Source: Eremomyces bilateralis CBS 781.70 (taxonomy: Eukaryota). Taken from it: DNA of 62,982 nt. Both the position numbers and the translations under genes were made by a program. The number at the start of each line of letters is the position of its first letter. Position 1 is the stretch's first letter. The notes under the pieces are model-generated. The model saw only the letters and a list, made by a program, of their open reading frames with translations, was not told the origin of the DNA and made no database searches. The stretch is from assembly GCA_010015585.1 (NCBI GenBank), contig ML975169.1, one strand, 5' to 3'. Below are positions 25,501 through 38,844 of this stretch, one piece after another.

Positions 25501-26294
25501 GTAACATACCATTGAACTCAGGATGCTGCCGATGGAACGCAAGCTTCGCCTGGAGGTAGTAGACGTACTCCGAGATCAAGGTACCATAACCTACATCACC
25601 TGTCAGCACGTATTCTCCGGACGTTTATGGCAGAAACCCGTCGTCGGCCATCCAGAAGCAAAATAATAGTCAAACCTCGTTGTCCACCTGCAATGTACCC
25701 GTCTTGGTACGAACCTTTCGTGCCTTCACCAAGGCCCCCGACCCCTCGCTTGAGACTATCAAGCCAGCTGACATGCTGCTGGGCCTCTCGCAGGGCGACC
25801 GGGTGGCCTTCTTGGAGGACTTTGTGGACGGTGATGAGGGCTTTGAAGGTTTGGATTTCGTCGGCGAGGATCGGTTGGCTGGAGGTGGACGCGTGAGCGG
25901 TCGGTTGGAGGGAAGGTAAACGAGAGGGAAGGGATGCTCACACTTTCATGCCAGACCAAAAGGATTGCGAGGACTTGTGGTCCCATGTGTAGACGATGCA
26001 AGCGCGAACATGTTTGCCTAGACGATGATAAGCATCTTGTGCCGTGATCGGACATGGGATCGAGAATGCATACGCTTCGGGGCTGTCTCATCTATCATTC
26101 TCCATCAGCTACCAGGCCTACTCGAAGCATTCGCACTATCATACCTATACTCGTTGCCTTCCGAACGTTGATGGCAAGCTCCGCCTCCTGCCTGTTGCGC
26201 ACCGTCAGCATTCGCAAACTCTCATATTGGAAGGTCTCCCTGGAACCACGTACTTGCCCATGTCAACATGGCGTGTAGTAGTATACGCCGACAT
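22592..26294 (-). CDS. sla2: Endocytic adaptor Sla2/End4 (ANTH + coiled coil + I/LWEQ talin domain), multi-exon
   Basis: EAELAINVRKATSI|DETAPKR|KHVRACIVYTWDHKS (ANTH), PKLPQDPPNL, a long coiled coil, and C-terminal VAASTAQLVAASRVKA...EMEQQVEILQLENGL...LRKLSY-like I/LWEQ. There are 8 introns. Confidence 0.95.
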
Positions 26295-27101
26295 GGCTGT
26301 CCGAGATGCGTTCAAGCACTTCCGTTGTGTCCGCGAAGACTCCGGCCAGTACGCGCCGGAGGCGGGAAGCTGGGGAAGGGAGGATTAATGATGCACGTGC
26401 TCGATTGAGGAAGTACTCGATGGGGAAGGTCAATTAATTGGAGAATGTGGAAAAGCGGAGAGAAGGGATCAAACACCCTGTACAGTGTGGCGTAGAAAGA
26501 GAATTAGAGGGTTGAAGCAATGGGTGAAAGGTCCAAAGAACAATATCAAGAAATCCGGATGTTAAGATTGCCTCCGTGACATGAAGCTCCTCACCCGACT
26601 TCCCACTCTTTGGTGTCTCTCCCGTTGCTGGCGGAAGCGTAGGGATTGTTAGGGGACGTGCGCGGCAAATCCCTGTTCTCAGTTCTCTTCGCCGCGGGAT
26701 TCGTCACTGTAATGGCGCATGCGTTGTCATGTTCATGAAAAGCCTCGCTGATGAGATGGCTCGCCTCACTGATGGCATTTAGACCTGGATCCAGACTCGG
26801 ATGGTCATGGACATGGTTTGATAACCTTTTTTATGGCTGGATCATGGATTCATTGGCGGATGTGAGGGAGGAATTATCCAGTGGGGTGAGATATTCGGCA
26901 TTTAGGGGACGAATAGTATCCATCTCTGACTCCGTACAGAGTCCAAGGGTTGAATAAAGAAGATATGGATGCACTGCGATCCTAATAAGGTATACTCTGA
27001 TAGATAAGGCTTTCTATTGTCCATAGAAGTAAACACCTGGGGTAGCGTTTCCAACCCAACCGTCCCATGCTGCAACCAGTCCCGCGCTCCGATGCAAACC
27101 G

Positions 27102-30100
27102 CTACCATTCCAACGCCTTCCTCTCCAACTTCTTCAACACCACCTCCGTACTCCCTTTAACCGCTCTCGATTTCGCCCGCTCCTTGACCCTGGTATAGAA
27201 TACCGGACAATCCTTCGAGTTGCAGCTCACCTCGTCCCCAAACGCCGTGTTCTCGCAGGTCCGGCAAACCGCGTCGATATCCCGCACCCGAGTCTCGGCC
27301 ATCTGAATCCGTCGCCGAAGCAGCAAGGCCGTTTGCGCCGGGTCGTGCAAGCAATCCTTGCATATGGGCAAGACGTCATCCGTATCGAGGAGCTCCTGTT
27401 CTAAGTCCGTCCTCTTTGGCAGCTTCGCTCGACAAAGCAAGCAATTCTCACTCCGCATATAGCTCTCCAGCGTCTTTCCCATCCCCCCTCCACCGCCCGT
27501 CGGCGCGATCGCACGAATCCGCTGCACTTTCTGCATCTCGTCGTACCACCCCCGGATGTTCGCCCCGACCAGATTGAAGATCCGCTCGAGCGGTGGGATG
27601 AGGTTCTTGCTGATATAGTACTCCGCGTCCAGCTCCAGGGCGTCGTCGTTCAGGAGCTGCTCCGGGTCGACGCACCGATCGATCAAGCGAGCGCCAGGCG
27701 CGCCGGTGACGACCACATACGGGACGCGCTCGCCATACTGCGGTTCCGTGCGACGATCTGCGAACATTTTACGGGTCGCGACGAGGGCCCCTGGCGGAGG
27801 CGGACCGCGGTCGGAGTAATTGCCGAGCCTGACTTCCTTCGCGAAGAGGAAATCTTGCACGCTGGCGCGGCCTTCCATGATCTTGCGGCATTGGTCCTGG
27901 AAGTACGCTTTGATCTGGCTCAGGTCCGCTGTCCGGAAGAGCATCTTCAGCGCTGTCTCCTCGATTTTCTGCTCGGCGACTGTACCGTCGCGTCGGACCG
28001 TCTCGATGCCCTTGGCGTCGAACTCCGGAACCGCCTGGTTCGGATGCTCGTATTTGAATCCGACGTACCGCTTCTTGGCAAGGAGGACGCACGGATGGTA
28101 GACCTTCTCGAATTTCAGCTTGATGGGCCGCGGGTTTGCGGCGGTTATGGTGTCAGCGATTTCGTTACCGATTCGGAACGCATCATCGCGCGTCCGTCCT
28201 TTGAGATGGATGAACAAGCTGTCGGTGTCTCCGTAGACAATTTCGGCTCCCCATCGCTCGACGGAGTGGATTATTGCGATTGCGCGTTCCAGCGTTTCGC
28301 GGCCGGATTGGGTGATGCTGTCCGCGATTTCGGCGCACGGCATTCGTCCCGAGAAGCTCGCTGAGGTATAGCCATACGTGACGTTTGCGATGAGCTTCAG
28401 TGCCAATTGCCGGTTGTTGAGCAGTTGTTGCAATGTCTTGTCGTCCTTATCTTGCTTCATGCCTGACTTGACCATGACTCTCGTCTCGAGGATCTCCGAC
28501 AGCATCTTGGCGAGCAAGGACTTTCGGATGTTGGGTCGGACGTACATCAATCCGTTCGGAGCGACGTTGATATCCTTCTCCAGTAATTCAAGGAGACCAG
28601 GCTGACGCTCTAGCGTCGTGAATCCGAGTTTATTCGTTCCTCGCCATGGCGCTACCCGCCCCAGGCAGGTGGAATAGCAGTAATTGTATGCAATCATTAC
28701 ACTAGGATACAGGCTCTGAAAGTCAAGCACCAGCACTGGCGAGCTGTAGAAGTCACTCTGCGGCTCCATCACCAGCGGCAGACATTCCAACGCGTTCTGC
28801 TGTCCCACCTGCTTCCGGCTCGGCGACACGAGGATGAAGTTCTCGGGTTTGGCAATGCGGAACATGAGCGACTCGACCTTAAACTGCGATCCACGCGAGA
28901 AGACCGAAAAGAAGTCCACACCCAGCAATCGCGCCTGCTCGCTCGTCCGCGGAATGAGCTCGTTGGCGTCCAGGATCTCCAGATTGAGCTGGACGCGGGA
29001 CAAGAAATAGCTCAGCGTCTTGGCTAGCTCGCGCGGCTTCGTGCTGGTGTACCACTTCGTGAGATCCTCAAAGGAGAAGTGGGGAATGCGCTTTTGCAGG
29101 ACCTGAAACGCCACATTCTCGATCGTGTACTGCAACAGATTCAGCTCCCCTCGCATGGCCCGCCAGATGTTGATCATATGCCGGCCAGTTATGCGAATGA
29201 CGCTGGTATGCGTGAAACCCCAGCGGTCGGCATCTTTGCCGAACCGACCGTTCGCGGCGGACTTGACTCGAGAGAGTTCGTCGCAGAGGTTGTACTCGAA
29301 CCGGACTCGCGCTCGCTCGATGAGGTATCCCCACGAGCCATTGTGGACTTCATATCCAGTGAGGATGTCAGGATCGATCTCGCGGACGATGCCAACGAAG
29401 CGATTGATGAGGTCAAGTTCCTCCTCCTCATACATGACCTCCACATTTACCGCCTTCTGGATCTTCCTGGCAATGCCATCGCCCTCGGATAAAGTAAGGA
29501 TCCCTTTGCGCATACCGTCGTCGAACTCATCTTCATGGTCGTCCGTCTGAACGCAGAAGAAGATGCAAGAGATTTCGTCCTCCTCGGGATCGGGTGTAAG
29601 AGCGCCTCGAGAGTTAACATGCACTTCCAGACTCATGATACTCATGTACTGGGCCTCATATTCGATGCCGTCCGACTTCGCTTGCTGTGCGTATTTTGCG
29701 CCGTGCTTGTTCTTTTGGGTCGGACCACCGATCTGTGACAGATCCGCCCCAGTCCTCGATTGTCCGGACCGGTTTGAAACCGACTTCCCAACTGACTGCT
29801 GCGAAGGAACCGGTTCGGCCCGTTTCTCTTTGTCCTCCTGCTTTAGCCACTCCGACACTTCGGCATGGGTCGGGGGTGGAGCCTTGATCTCCCAGTTCAG
29901 GAACGTGCACCTGGCTCTTCGTATGCCATGGTCTATTTCTTGCGTCTGGACGTTTGGGACAGGCACAGTTTTTCCGTAACTTGCATCACCAAGTCCAGTA
30001 GGATCGAAGGGCGGTAGAAAAGGGAGCGTGTTACTTTGTAGTTTGAATGCCCTACCCGCGTACTCTCTTGTTCGGTCCGGAACGTCTTCTTCCTTGCTGT

Positions 30101-32237
30101 AGTATGCGTCCTGGTAGATGACAGACGGCAGCCCATAGTCAAGCATGGTGGTTTCGACATCGCTTATAGTTGGTGGGGAGTGGGCAAAGTACACTATTTG
30201 TGTCTGTGTGGCAGGTGGAAACGACTTTCGAGCTTCATCTGCTAGTGCTAAAACTTGTGCTGTGCTTTGGCTCGGACCGTCCGATGAAGTCGAGGTCGCG
30301 GTCGCCTTCGATCCCTTCAGCAAATTAGTCGCTTCTGACGAGGCATCACTTTGTAGATGCTGTGTTTCATCGTGGACTAAATCTGCAAGTTGTGACTTTC
30401 GAGAACTTGTGAATTCCGTCCGTTGGCTAACCCTTAGCACCGTTTCAGGATGATTCGGGTTCTTGACAACCGGGAAAGGAAGTTGGGATGAGCTCCTCTC
30501 TTCTCTGCCTTGAAATGACATCTGCGATGACGCTTGTACAACAGAGTCTTCCTTTTCATCAGGCATGATCTCATTTGTCTCAGTAATGCTGAGATTGGAC
30601 TCGCCAACCGATGGTGGAAAATGATCGTGAGAAGCACGAACTTCACCGAAGGAGTTGCCGGTGAGTGACAGGAGTTCTTCTAAGCTTTGCCCTTTGCTAC
30701 CCATTTTTCGTCGCTTGGATTGACGATCCGATAGCTCGGACAAGCTGCGGTCCAGCGCCCGCTTGTGCAGCTCTATCCGCTGAAGGATATCGGCTTGACT
30801 CCTTGGTTGAGGTGCCTGTTTATCCAAGTCATCCGCGAGATCGAGGTCTGATTTCTCATGGCTATATGGAGTCTGTGGGCGATCGATTCCGTCCTCCGCT
30901 ACGACCTGACCTTGAACGGAATCCAAATCCTCTACTGAAACCGTTTCGTTTGCTGGGGACAATTCTGCGGCAATGCGAGACTCGTCAACAAAGGCATTCT
31001 CTACTCGAGCAAGCTGCGTATGTTCAGCGGGCTCGCGTCTAACCGTTCTATGCAGCCTGTCGGGATACAGTTCGGTGATGCTCTCAAAGGCGGTCTGGAT
31101 CTTAGCTTCGCGTTTCGGATGCCGGATGAACTTGTCGAAATCTGGCGGAGCATCCGAAGCGCTGCGCTCTTGATCGATGATATCTTTGATAGTGTCGCGA
31201 AACTCCTCCTCATGAATCCAGCCTGCGGCTTCCGCATTACGTTCGTCGGCAGACATGGACACCAGGACCTCCGAGGGAAACGGGCTCGACGATGGATGGG
31301 TAAGTCCCATTCTTCGTTTCCGGCGTATCGTCTCGTCTTTCCAAAGCGCCGCCATAGAGCGGACGAGCTTTTCGTCCGACGAGATGTGCACGAATCGCTC
31401 CGAGAAATCATGATGGATGTTTCTTAGTTCCACATCGTGGCGATTGAGTATATCCTGAACACATAAATCAATCTCGATTGAGCAATGACTTTGCCTGGGG
31501 AAGCGCTCTTCGTCCAGCGTCCATCCATTCGGGATCGATCCGTCATGCCACTTGTGATTCGGGTCATTCTGCTCCTGGTACTCAGGTACGGGGCTGCGGA
31601 AACGGACTTTCGCGCAGTCAATGTAAGCACAACCGTATAAGTTGTAGTCACACATCCATTGCGCGAGATATTGCATATGGCTTTCATGCGGTTGAATAAC
31701 ACGCCCAAGGATCGCCCCTTGCACAAGGAGGTCGGCCAGGCGGTTAACGTGCAATGGGTTCAGTAAATAGACCTTGAGGTAGAACTTGTATCCAACACTA
31801 TAGCCAAAGAATGGCACCGCTTTTATCAAGGAGATGTGTGCCACATACATCGGCTTCCGGTCCGCGTTGGGATTTCGGTAGCTGACAGCCAGGGCACGGT
31901 CGATAGATAGTCGAACAGTGCATATGTGTGCCTCCACTGAACCATATCAGCCGACATATTATGCTTACATTCGAAGCAGCATCAGGTCACCTTCATCTGG
32001 ATCAAGTCCTCCCTCATACTCTATGTATAGGTACGGAAAAGCACCATGGATATGGGCGCAAACCTTCTGCCCCGTCTCGGTCGCCCCGAAAATCCGAACG
32101 ATCGGAAACCTGGGGACATTTCGAGTCTGCGATAAGCTCTGGACGGGAAGCACCGGTGGATCGAACTCTGAGGGTGTGGTTTGATAGTGATCCACGCAGT
32201 TCAGTCGGAACCGGAACGGAAATGGTGGTTTAGCCAT
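27102..32237 (-). CDS. rev3: DNA polymerase zeta catalytic subunit
   Basis: PolB motifs VLDFQSLYPS, KLIANVTYGYTSASFSGRMPC, YGDTDSLF and KKRYVG are present, with a C-terminal Cys cluster. The N-terminal exon contains RIFGATETGQKVCAHIHGAFPY. There is one intron. Confidence 0.97.
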
Positions 32238-32739
32238 GGGCTACGTCGGTAATTGTGAACATCGAAAATCCAAGAAGACATGGTGTGGACATTTGCATCG
32301 GCTCCATTCGACCAAAACGCGAATTATGCCTAAAGGTGCTTACCGATGAAGACATGAAGTTCATAGAAACGGCACTTTGGATCCAAACAATCCCAACAAT
32401 GTGTTCGCGTGACGCTCTACGCGTTCCAGTCCTCTGAGGGTATAGTTGCCTTACAGCCTGAGGCACCAGTATGTTTCAACTTCAGTTGACATTCGATATT
32501 CGGCGCCGTTGGGAACTGGCTTGTCGCATTCTACCATCAAACTCGCCGTGACTTCGACTACTCTCAGAGAAATCATATAATACCTTCACCCAGGACCTTG
32601 GCGGTGATGTTATGACTCGTCTGAGTGCCCTACACTATTGATCGAATCGCCACTCAGACTCCGACACATCAAGCCATCCGGTTTATACATCGCCCGCCTG
32701 CCAGCTGCTATCTAATCACGCATTCCTTAACCGCCCAAA

Positions 32740-34179
32740 ATGCCTCCTCCAGGCCAGCCCAAGAAACCGGTCGAACCCTCCGTCGCCAACAGAGACCGCA
32801 ACGAATACATCCCCTCCTTCATCTCCAAGAAGCCCTTCTACATCCCCGAAGATGACACCACCGACTACCTCGAGCATCAGCGCCTCCACAAAGCCGAAGA
32901 TGAATCGAAATCTTACGACCGCACCAAGAAAATCAAGGCCAAGGCCACCAAGTTCCGAAAAGGCGCGTGCGAGAACTGCGGGGCGATGGGACACAAGGTC
33001 AAAGATTGCCTGAGTCGACCGCGGAAGCTCGGCGCACGGTGGACCGGAAAGGATATCGCGGCGGACGAGGAACGGCAAGCGAGGCTGGAGGACAGCTGGG
33101 ATGCGAAGCGGGATCAGTACGCGACGTACGATGCCAGCCAGTATAACGAGACCGTAGTGCGGGAGTACGAAGAGATGGAGACGTTGAAGCGGCTGGCACT
33201 GAAGAACCAAGAGCAGGATGACGAGGAGGAGGGAGACGCGAAGGGAGATCGGTATGAGGAGGAGGCAGACATGGGCCGCAATCAATCGACCGCCACGCGA
33301 AATCTGCGGATTCGGGAGGACGTCGCGGGCTACCTAAAAAGTTTGGATCCGGAATCGGCTAAGTACGACCCGAAAACGCGGACGATGTTGAGCGGCAGCG
33401 AAGTGATCGACCAGGCGTCAGAATTGGTGGCCGAGGAGGGATTCATGCGCGCCTCGGGCGAGGCGGCCGAGTTCGAGAAGGCGCAGAGTTATGCATGGGA
33501 GTCACAAGAGCGCGGCGGCAAGGACCAGATACATCTACAAGCAAACCCGACGTCGGCACAGTTCCTTCGGAAGAAGGAGAAGGAAGACGCGGAGAAGAAG
33601 AGGGACGCGAGGAACAAGACACTGCTGGAGAAGTACGGAGGTGCGGAACATCTTCAGGCGGCGCCGTTGAAAGACGCGGCTGTCATCGAATCAGAGCGGT
33701 TCGTGGAGTACGACGAATCGGGACGCATCAAAGGCGAACCGAAACCGATAGCGAAGTCGAAATACGCAGAGGACGTGTTCATCCACAATCACACGTCAGT
33801 ATGGGGAAGCTGGTGGTCAAACTTTCAATGGGGCTACGCATGCTGTCACTCGACAGTGAAGAACAGCTACTGCACAGGAGAAGAAGGGAAGCAGGCCTTT
33901 GAGGAATCTAGCCGATTGAGAATAGCTGGCGATATCGAGGTTCCCAAGGAGATCGCCTGGAAGGAGGAGGAAGTCCTCGAAAAGCACGTTCCCAACGCCG
34001 TGGAAAGCGATGAAAAGGCGAAACGGGATGAAAAGGACCAGGAGGCGCCGAAGAAGCGGACCCTCAACGAGATGATGGGTGGAATCACGGAAGAGGAGAT
34101 GGATGAGTATCGTCGGAAGAAAACTTCTGCTGCGGATCCGATGGCCGGAATGCTAGGGCAGGACGAATTAGTACACTAG
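32740..34179 (+). CDS. slu7: Pre-mRNA splicing factor Slu7
   Basis: [15 protein letters not shown], zinc knuckle [36 protein letters not shown]...WGYACCH. Confidence 0.96.
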   Translation: MPPPGQPKKPVEPSVANRDRNEYIPSFISKKPFYIPEDDTTDYLEHQRLHKAEDESKSYDRTKKIKAKATKFRKGACENCGAMGHKVKDCLSRPRKLGARWTGKDIAADEERQARLEDSWDAKRDQYATYDASQYNETVVREYEEMETLKRLALKNQEQDDEEEGDAKGDRYEEEADMGRNQSTATRNLRIREDVAGYLKSLDPESAKYDPKTRTMLSGSEVIDQASELVAEEGFMRASGEAAEFEKAQSYAWESQERGGKDQIHLQANPTSAQFLRKKEKEDAEKKRDARNKTLLEKYGGAEHLQAAPLKDAAVIESERFVEYDESGRIKGEPKPIAKSKYAEDVFIHNHTSVWGSWWSNFQWGYACCHSTVKNSYCTGEEGKQAFEESSRLRIAGDIEVPKEIAWKEEEVLEKHVPNAVESDEKAKRDEKDQEAPKKRTLNEMMGGITEEEMDEYRRKKTSAADPMAGMLGQDELVH

Positions 34180-34447
34180 CCATTGATTCCCGAATGAACA
34201 AAGCATTTCTATGCAATCCAGAATCCCATGGTCGTGATCGATGTCACCATGCCAGTCCGGTTCAAGCGTTGTGTGAATCTCGTTGGTATTTTTGAAACCT
34301 CAGCACGGAATGCCTTTAGTAATGCAATTGAAGTCCATTGACAACGCCATATGCCCGATAGTCCGACAGGCAGCTGAATTTTCGCGTCTCCTCAATCGAA
34401 TCGACGAGCTCTATCGCCCGCCCCAACCCCGTTCGAACCGTCACGAT

Positions 34448-34902
34448 CTACGACGACGCCACTTGCGGCCCGCGCGCGCCCTTCGGTGTGCCCTGCTGGA
34501 ATCCGTTCGTCGATTTGCGCGCGATCGTCTTCAGGTATCGCATGCGTCCGGTACCGGTGGTCTTCCTTCGCATGCCCTTCTCAGACCAGTTGACTGCCTC
34601 GCCATTAGTTGGGGATGTCTCGGGGTGGACGTCAGTCCGTCGGTGCTAACGTACACTTCCTGATCTTCGCCTGGGGATATCCGCACGAGGAGCATTGGTG
34701 CTTTTGGATATGGAGGGATCGACGACCTAGAGCATTCATCGATTAGAGGGGATTCCGGGTGTTATCGATCGGAGGGCATACCGCATCGTCGGCACAGGGT
34801 GTGCGACTTGTTGTGGCGCTTGCCAAAGCTTGACGTTCCCTTCGCTGTCGGGGTACATTAGCACCGGATCTTCAATGAGAGGTCTTGTCGGAACGTACTC
34901 AT
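34448..34902 (-). CDS. rpl37: 60S ribosomal protein eL37 (4 exons, first coding exon only ATG A)
   Basis: The spliced reading is [68 protein letters not shown]...*. It is absent from the ORF track because of the introns. Confidence 0.96.
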
Positions 34903-35486
34903 TTTGAATTAGAGACCGGGGACGAGGATTCGCGGGATGTGGTTGTGGTAGAAGTGAAGCTGAAGTCTTGTCGTTGAATTCGTGATATGTGTGTGATCCG
35001 GCTCGGTTGGTGATTTTCCGGGGTGTGGGCTGCGGCGAACTTTAGCAACCGGAATAGCAGGTTTGGATTTTTATCAGGCATTAAGGCATTACATATTTGA
35101 TGCCTCATATTTGCCCTCACGCCTGGGGCAGCCCCACTCATATGTAGCACCACACGCGCACTATAGCATCTGATCTGTGTTATTAGCTGCGATACCATTC
35201 TACAGATAAACAATCCTTATTGGAAGCGGATTGTATGCGGATCGATCGTGATGGTAAGTTGAAATGATATAAGTTATGCCACGCGGAACTGTTCAACCTC
35301 ACCCAATTCCTGGGAAGCCTGGCCAAGGGATTTGTGACAGATGTGCTCGAATACGAGCGTCGTTTCTCATGCTTGTCGAAGGAGTAATAACATGCATGTC
35401 CTCTTCTTTTGCTTCCTTGTTTGTCATGTCGTTTTCTGCTTTCCAATTCATCAAGCGCTAGCACGTCTATGGAAAGTTGCGTCACA

Positions 35487-36098
35487 ATGGCAGAAACGAA
35501 ACCGTCAAGAAAAGTGGTGGAGTACCCGCCCAAGCATAAGGACAAGTCCGCACATCAAACCATCTACATATACTGGGCCGTTCCCGAAGATGTTCCTCAT
35601 CTCATCGAGATCGAACGCAGCGCAAGCGAGCTGTTTCGTCACATTGGAATGGACTCGGTCGCGTACGATGAACCCCCTTCGGAGATACACCTCATCAAGG
35701 ACTCCATCAGCAATAGGATCCTTCTCGCGAGTGAGGATCCGTCCTTAGAAAGCTCGCCTGTGGCCTACTTGAGCATGGAATTAGACGAGGATCACAAAAC
35801 AGTGTACCTGGCTCAGGTGTCGGTGGACTACCGCTATGCGCGGAAAGGGATCGGAGAACGGCTCATCGACCACCTCGAGGCATATGCGCATAGGAAGGGC
35901 TACGAAACGATCGTGCTGACGACCTTTAAAGATGTGCCGTGGAACGGTCCATATTACCAGCGATTGGGATTCTATGAACTGGATGCGGAGCAACTGAAAC
36001 GGCCGGAACATGGAACAGTCAGTGACCATTTGGATGCGGAAAAGGAGAATGACCGTATCAATAAGTGGTCGCGGGTTGCAATGAGGAAGGATTTGTAG
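35487..36098 (+). CDS. GNAT-family N-acetyltransferase, intronless
   Basis: Motif A VSVDYRYARKGIGERLI and motif B LTTFKDVPWNGPYYQRLGF. The start could be 35469 or 35487. Confidence 0.88.
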   Translation: MAETKPSRKVVEYPPKHKDKSAHQTIYIYWAVPEDVPHLIEIERSASELFRHIGMDSVAYDEPPSEIHLIKDSISNRILLASEDPSLESSPVAYLSMELDEDHKTVYLAQVSVDYRYARKGIGERLIDHLEAYAHRKGYETIVLTTFKDVPWNGPYYQRLGFYELDAEQLKRPEHGTVSDHLDAEKENDRINKWSRVAMRKDL

Positions 36099-36171
36099 CA
36101 GCATGGTCCGATATTATGCGTCGGACTGGCAGCATCATGACTTTGTCGTTACATGCACACGATCTAGAATA

Positions 36172-37543
36172 TCATGTGCCCTTCAGCCGCCCCCATTCCG
36201 CCTTCTGTTCAATATGCTGTCCATCCACACTAACCACTTTCCCCCGATCCCATTCTCGTCCTTCCCCCTGCTTCGCCCAGCGCACATCCTCCTCCGTCTT
36301 CTCCCCACCCTTCTCCCACTTCTTAACCTCATCCTCCGTGAACCCCGCCTCTCGCAACCGGTCCGCACCCTGCTGCTTCCATTTCTGCCGGTCTCGGAAC
36401 GCCTCGACCGCCTGGTCCCATTCCTCCGCGACGTCAGAATCCGGTTGCACGTCGGCTGACGGATCGTAGTTCGCGTCAAAGTGCGCGTCCATGGCGGAGG
36501 AGGAGATTTTGCCGCGCCCCCGGGTTCGGACTTTCGGTTCGGGAGGCGGGAGGAGCGGACCGACGATATCTTCCAATGGATCGGATTCAGCAGCTCTGCC
36601 GGCACTGGGAGATCGGTGATGGTTCACATCCTCTCCAACCCGCTTGCGTCGCCGTTTCTCGTCATATCCCTCTCCATACTCGCGCCGACTGCTCCTACGT
36701 GATTCCTTCCTCGGTACACGTGTCCTTGACCCCGATCGGGTTCGAGAGCGACTCCGTGACCGTTTATCACGATGCCGGCGACTCGACCCGTGCTTCGGGC
36801 TCCGTGATCGAGCCCGTTCGGAATGGTCTCTTCGGTCTGGAGATCTGGACCGATTTCGACGGCCTTTGTGCTCTCTTGAACTGCGGTGCCGAGGCTTATC
36901 ATCATCCGTTGCGGCGTGCCGGCGTCTTCTTCCATCCGGGCTTCGCGACCGAGTCTTGGACTCTTCGCTGCAGGTCGGGCTTCTGCGTCGATGTCGTCTC
37001 CGGTGGCGCGTATCTTCTCGGGTTCGCGATCTCGACCGTGACTCGTCGCTACGTGATGAACTTCTATGCCGATGATATCTGTGGGGTCGCTTTCCCTCGC
37101 GCTCGTCAGACCGGACTTTCGTTCGCTTTGGCTCTATCGGATCGTCGTCGTCATATCGCCTTTTGCGACCTCTGTCACTTGTACGATCGGGTCTGCCCGA
37201 CTCAGCCACCTTTTTTTCTCTACCACGGCCAGCTGTGCCTCTCTGCATTGCTCTTAATCTGGCTCTCGACTCTCCGGCTTCTTTGGCGAGGAGCGCAGCA
37301 TTGTGGGAGTCGGTTTCTCGTAGGATGTGTTTCAAGAATCGAGTGTTCGGCTTAGGCGCTTGAGTCGTCGGCCTATAAATCTCCGGTTAGTGGCTATACT
37401 ATCTCATCCATCATTATATAAAGTTCATACCGCTTGGGCAAGAATGCGCCGATTCCCAAACTTCGATATTGTGACGAGCTCTCCTTCGCATCCTTCTTCA
37501 ACAACTCCGTGACATAGTCATCGCTCTCGTTCGCATCCGCCAT
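36172..37543 (-). CDS. Arg/Ser-rich nuclear protein (often annotated pre-mRNA-splicing factor 38B-like in fungi)
   Basis: MADANESDDYVTELLKKDAK...PKR|PTTQAPKPNTRFLKHILRETDSHNAALL, an RS-rich core, and C-terminal WKQQGADRLREAGF...REWDRGK. There is one intron. Confidence 0.8.
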
Positions 37544-37850
37544 TGTGCCGCTATTTTCATGAAGTTCTCTACAGGGTCCAAACCCCGTTATCCAAACTCC
37601 ATTCAATCCATAGTGTGAATCACAAATATATGGTGTTTGAAGGTGGAATCTGCAAGTGACGTATCTGACGCACGAGATTCTCCACCCAATCAGCGATTTG
37701 CTCTGCGCCAGGCGACAAGGCATTTGGCCGCTATCGTCCGCCGTGCAAAAAGTGTAAACAAACCGACGGGCAGCATTATTTACCGCCGTATCCAGCTCCT
37801 CATCAGAACCCACCGCTCAAGAAGCTCCAAGAAAGGAATCGTCGCTCATA

Positions 37851-38787
37851 ATGGATCCCTCAGTTCAAGAAACGCTTGATAAATTGCTCGAAACTCAGAG
37901 ATCTCACCAGCTAGCTCTCCTCCGGCTCGCAGAATCCATCCGTGGAGACGATGCATCAACGGGGGAGAAGCGAGACTCCGATGTCTCCGCGGACCCGTAC
38001 GAGAATGGCACACCGGCGAGTCTGCAGGCTGAACTGGAGCATTACAAGGTATAATTTCCATTGGCCTTGCTGGGACCAGTAATTAACAACGAAACAGGAA
38101 TTGTTCTCGAAACTCAAGTTCTCGTACATCGAGCAGGTCACCAAGGAGAAGTTCCTACGAGCCATCACTGCCGAGAACCCGGTCTACGTTGAGCAACAAG
38201 AGAATTTGGAATTGGAAGCGAAGTTAGCACAGGACAAGAGTGCTTTAAAATCGCAGAAGCTTGAGGTGGAGCGAATCGTTGCGGAGATCGACCGGAAGGC
38301 CAGAGCGACGACCCAACGTACGCAGTCCAATCGTAATACACGAAGAGTAATATTGATATCAATGACAGAATACGAAACCCTCGCCGAACAGCAGACGCAA
38401 TTGGAGTCGCTGCCAATACAGAACACCGCACTCGCGGAGCAAATCGAGGAACTACGGGAGCGGCTACCCCATTCAAGCGACGAGCCTCACCTCTCACTAC
38501 CACTATCACAAACGCTAGACCTCGCCGCCGCGAGAGACGAGGAACTGGCCGATTTAGACGCGCAGATCACTTCGCTTCAGATGCAGGAGCCCAAGAAGGC
38601 GCGGGAGCTGGAACGGCTGCGCGCCGAACTCGGGCCGCTAGAAGCGCAGAAGATGAAGAGCGTGACGGCGGCGAAAGAGGCGCGGCGGAGGAAAGAAGAA
38701 GGGGGCATTGATGATCTGGAAGTCAAGGGTCGGTGGTATCGTGCGGTGGATGCGACTTTACGAGGCATGTTGGAAGTGGATGGCTAA
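37851..38787 (+). CDS. sos7: Kinetochore protein Sos7 (Kre28-like)
   Basis: ELEHYK|ELFSKLKFSYIEQVTKEKFLRAI is the Sos7 signature, followed by a coiled coil. There are two introns. Confidence 0.85.
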
Positions 38788-38844
38788 ACGGCTTGATTCT
38801 GTTTCGAACTGCAATCACTTAGGCTAATGATACCCCGATTTGAA

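Noticed and set aside
22529..31699. Many long antisense or alternate-frame ORFs over sla2 and rev3 (also over pep12, mrpl8, the GFA gene and CPT1)
   Set aside because: They are shadows of GC-rich codon usage on the real genes and contain no domain motifs.
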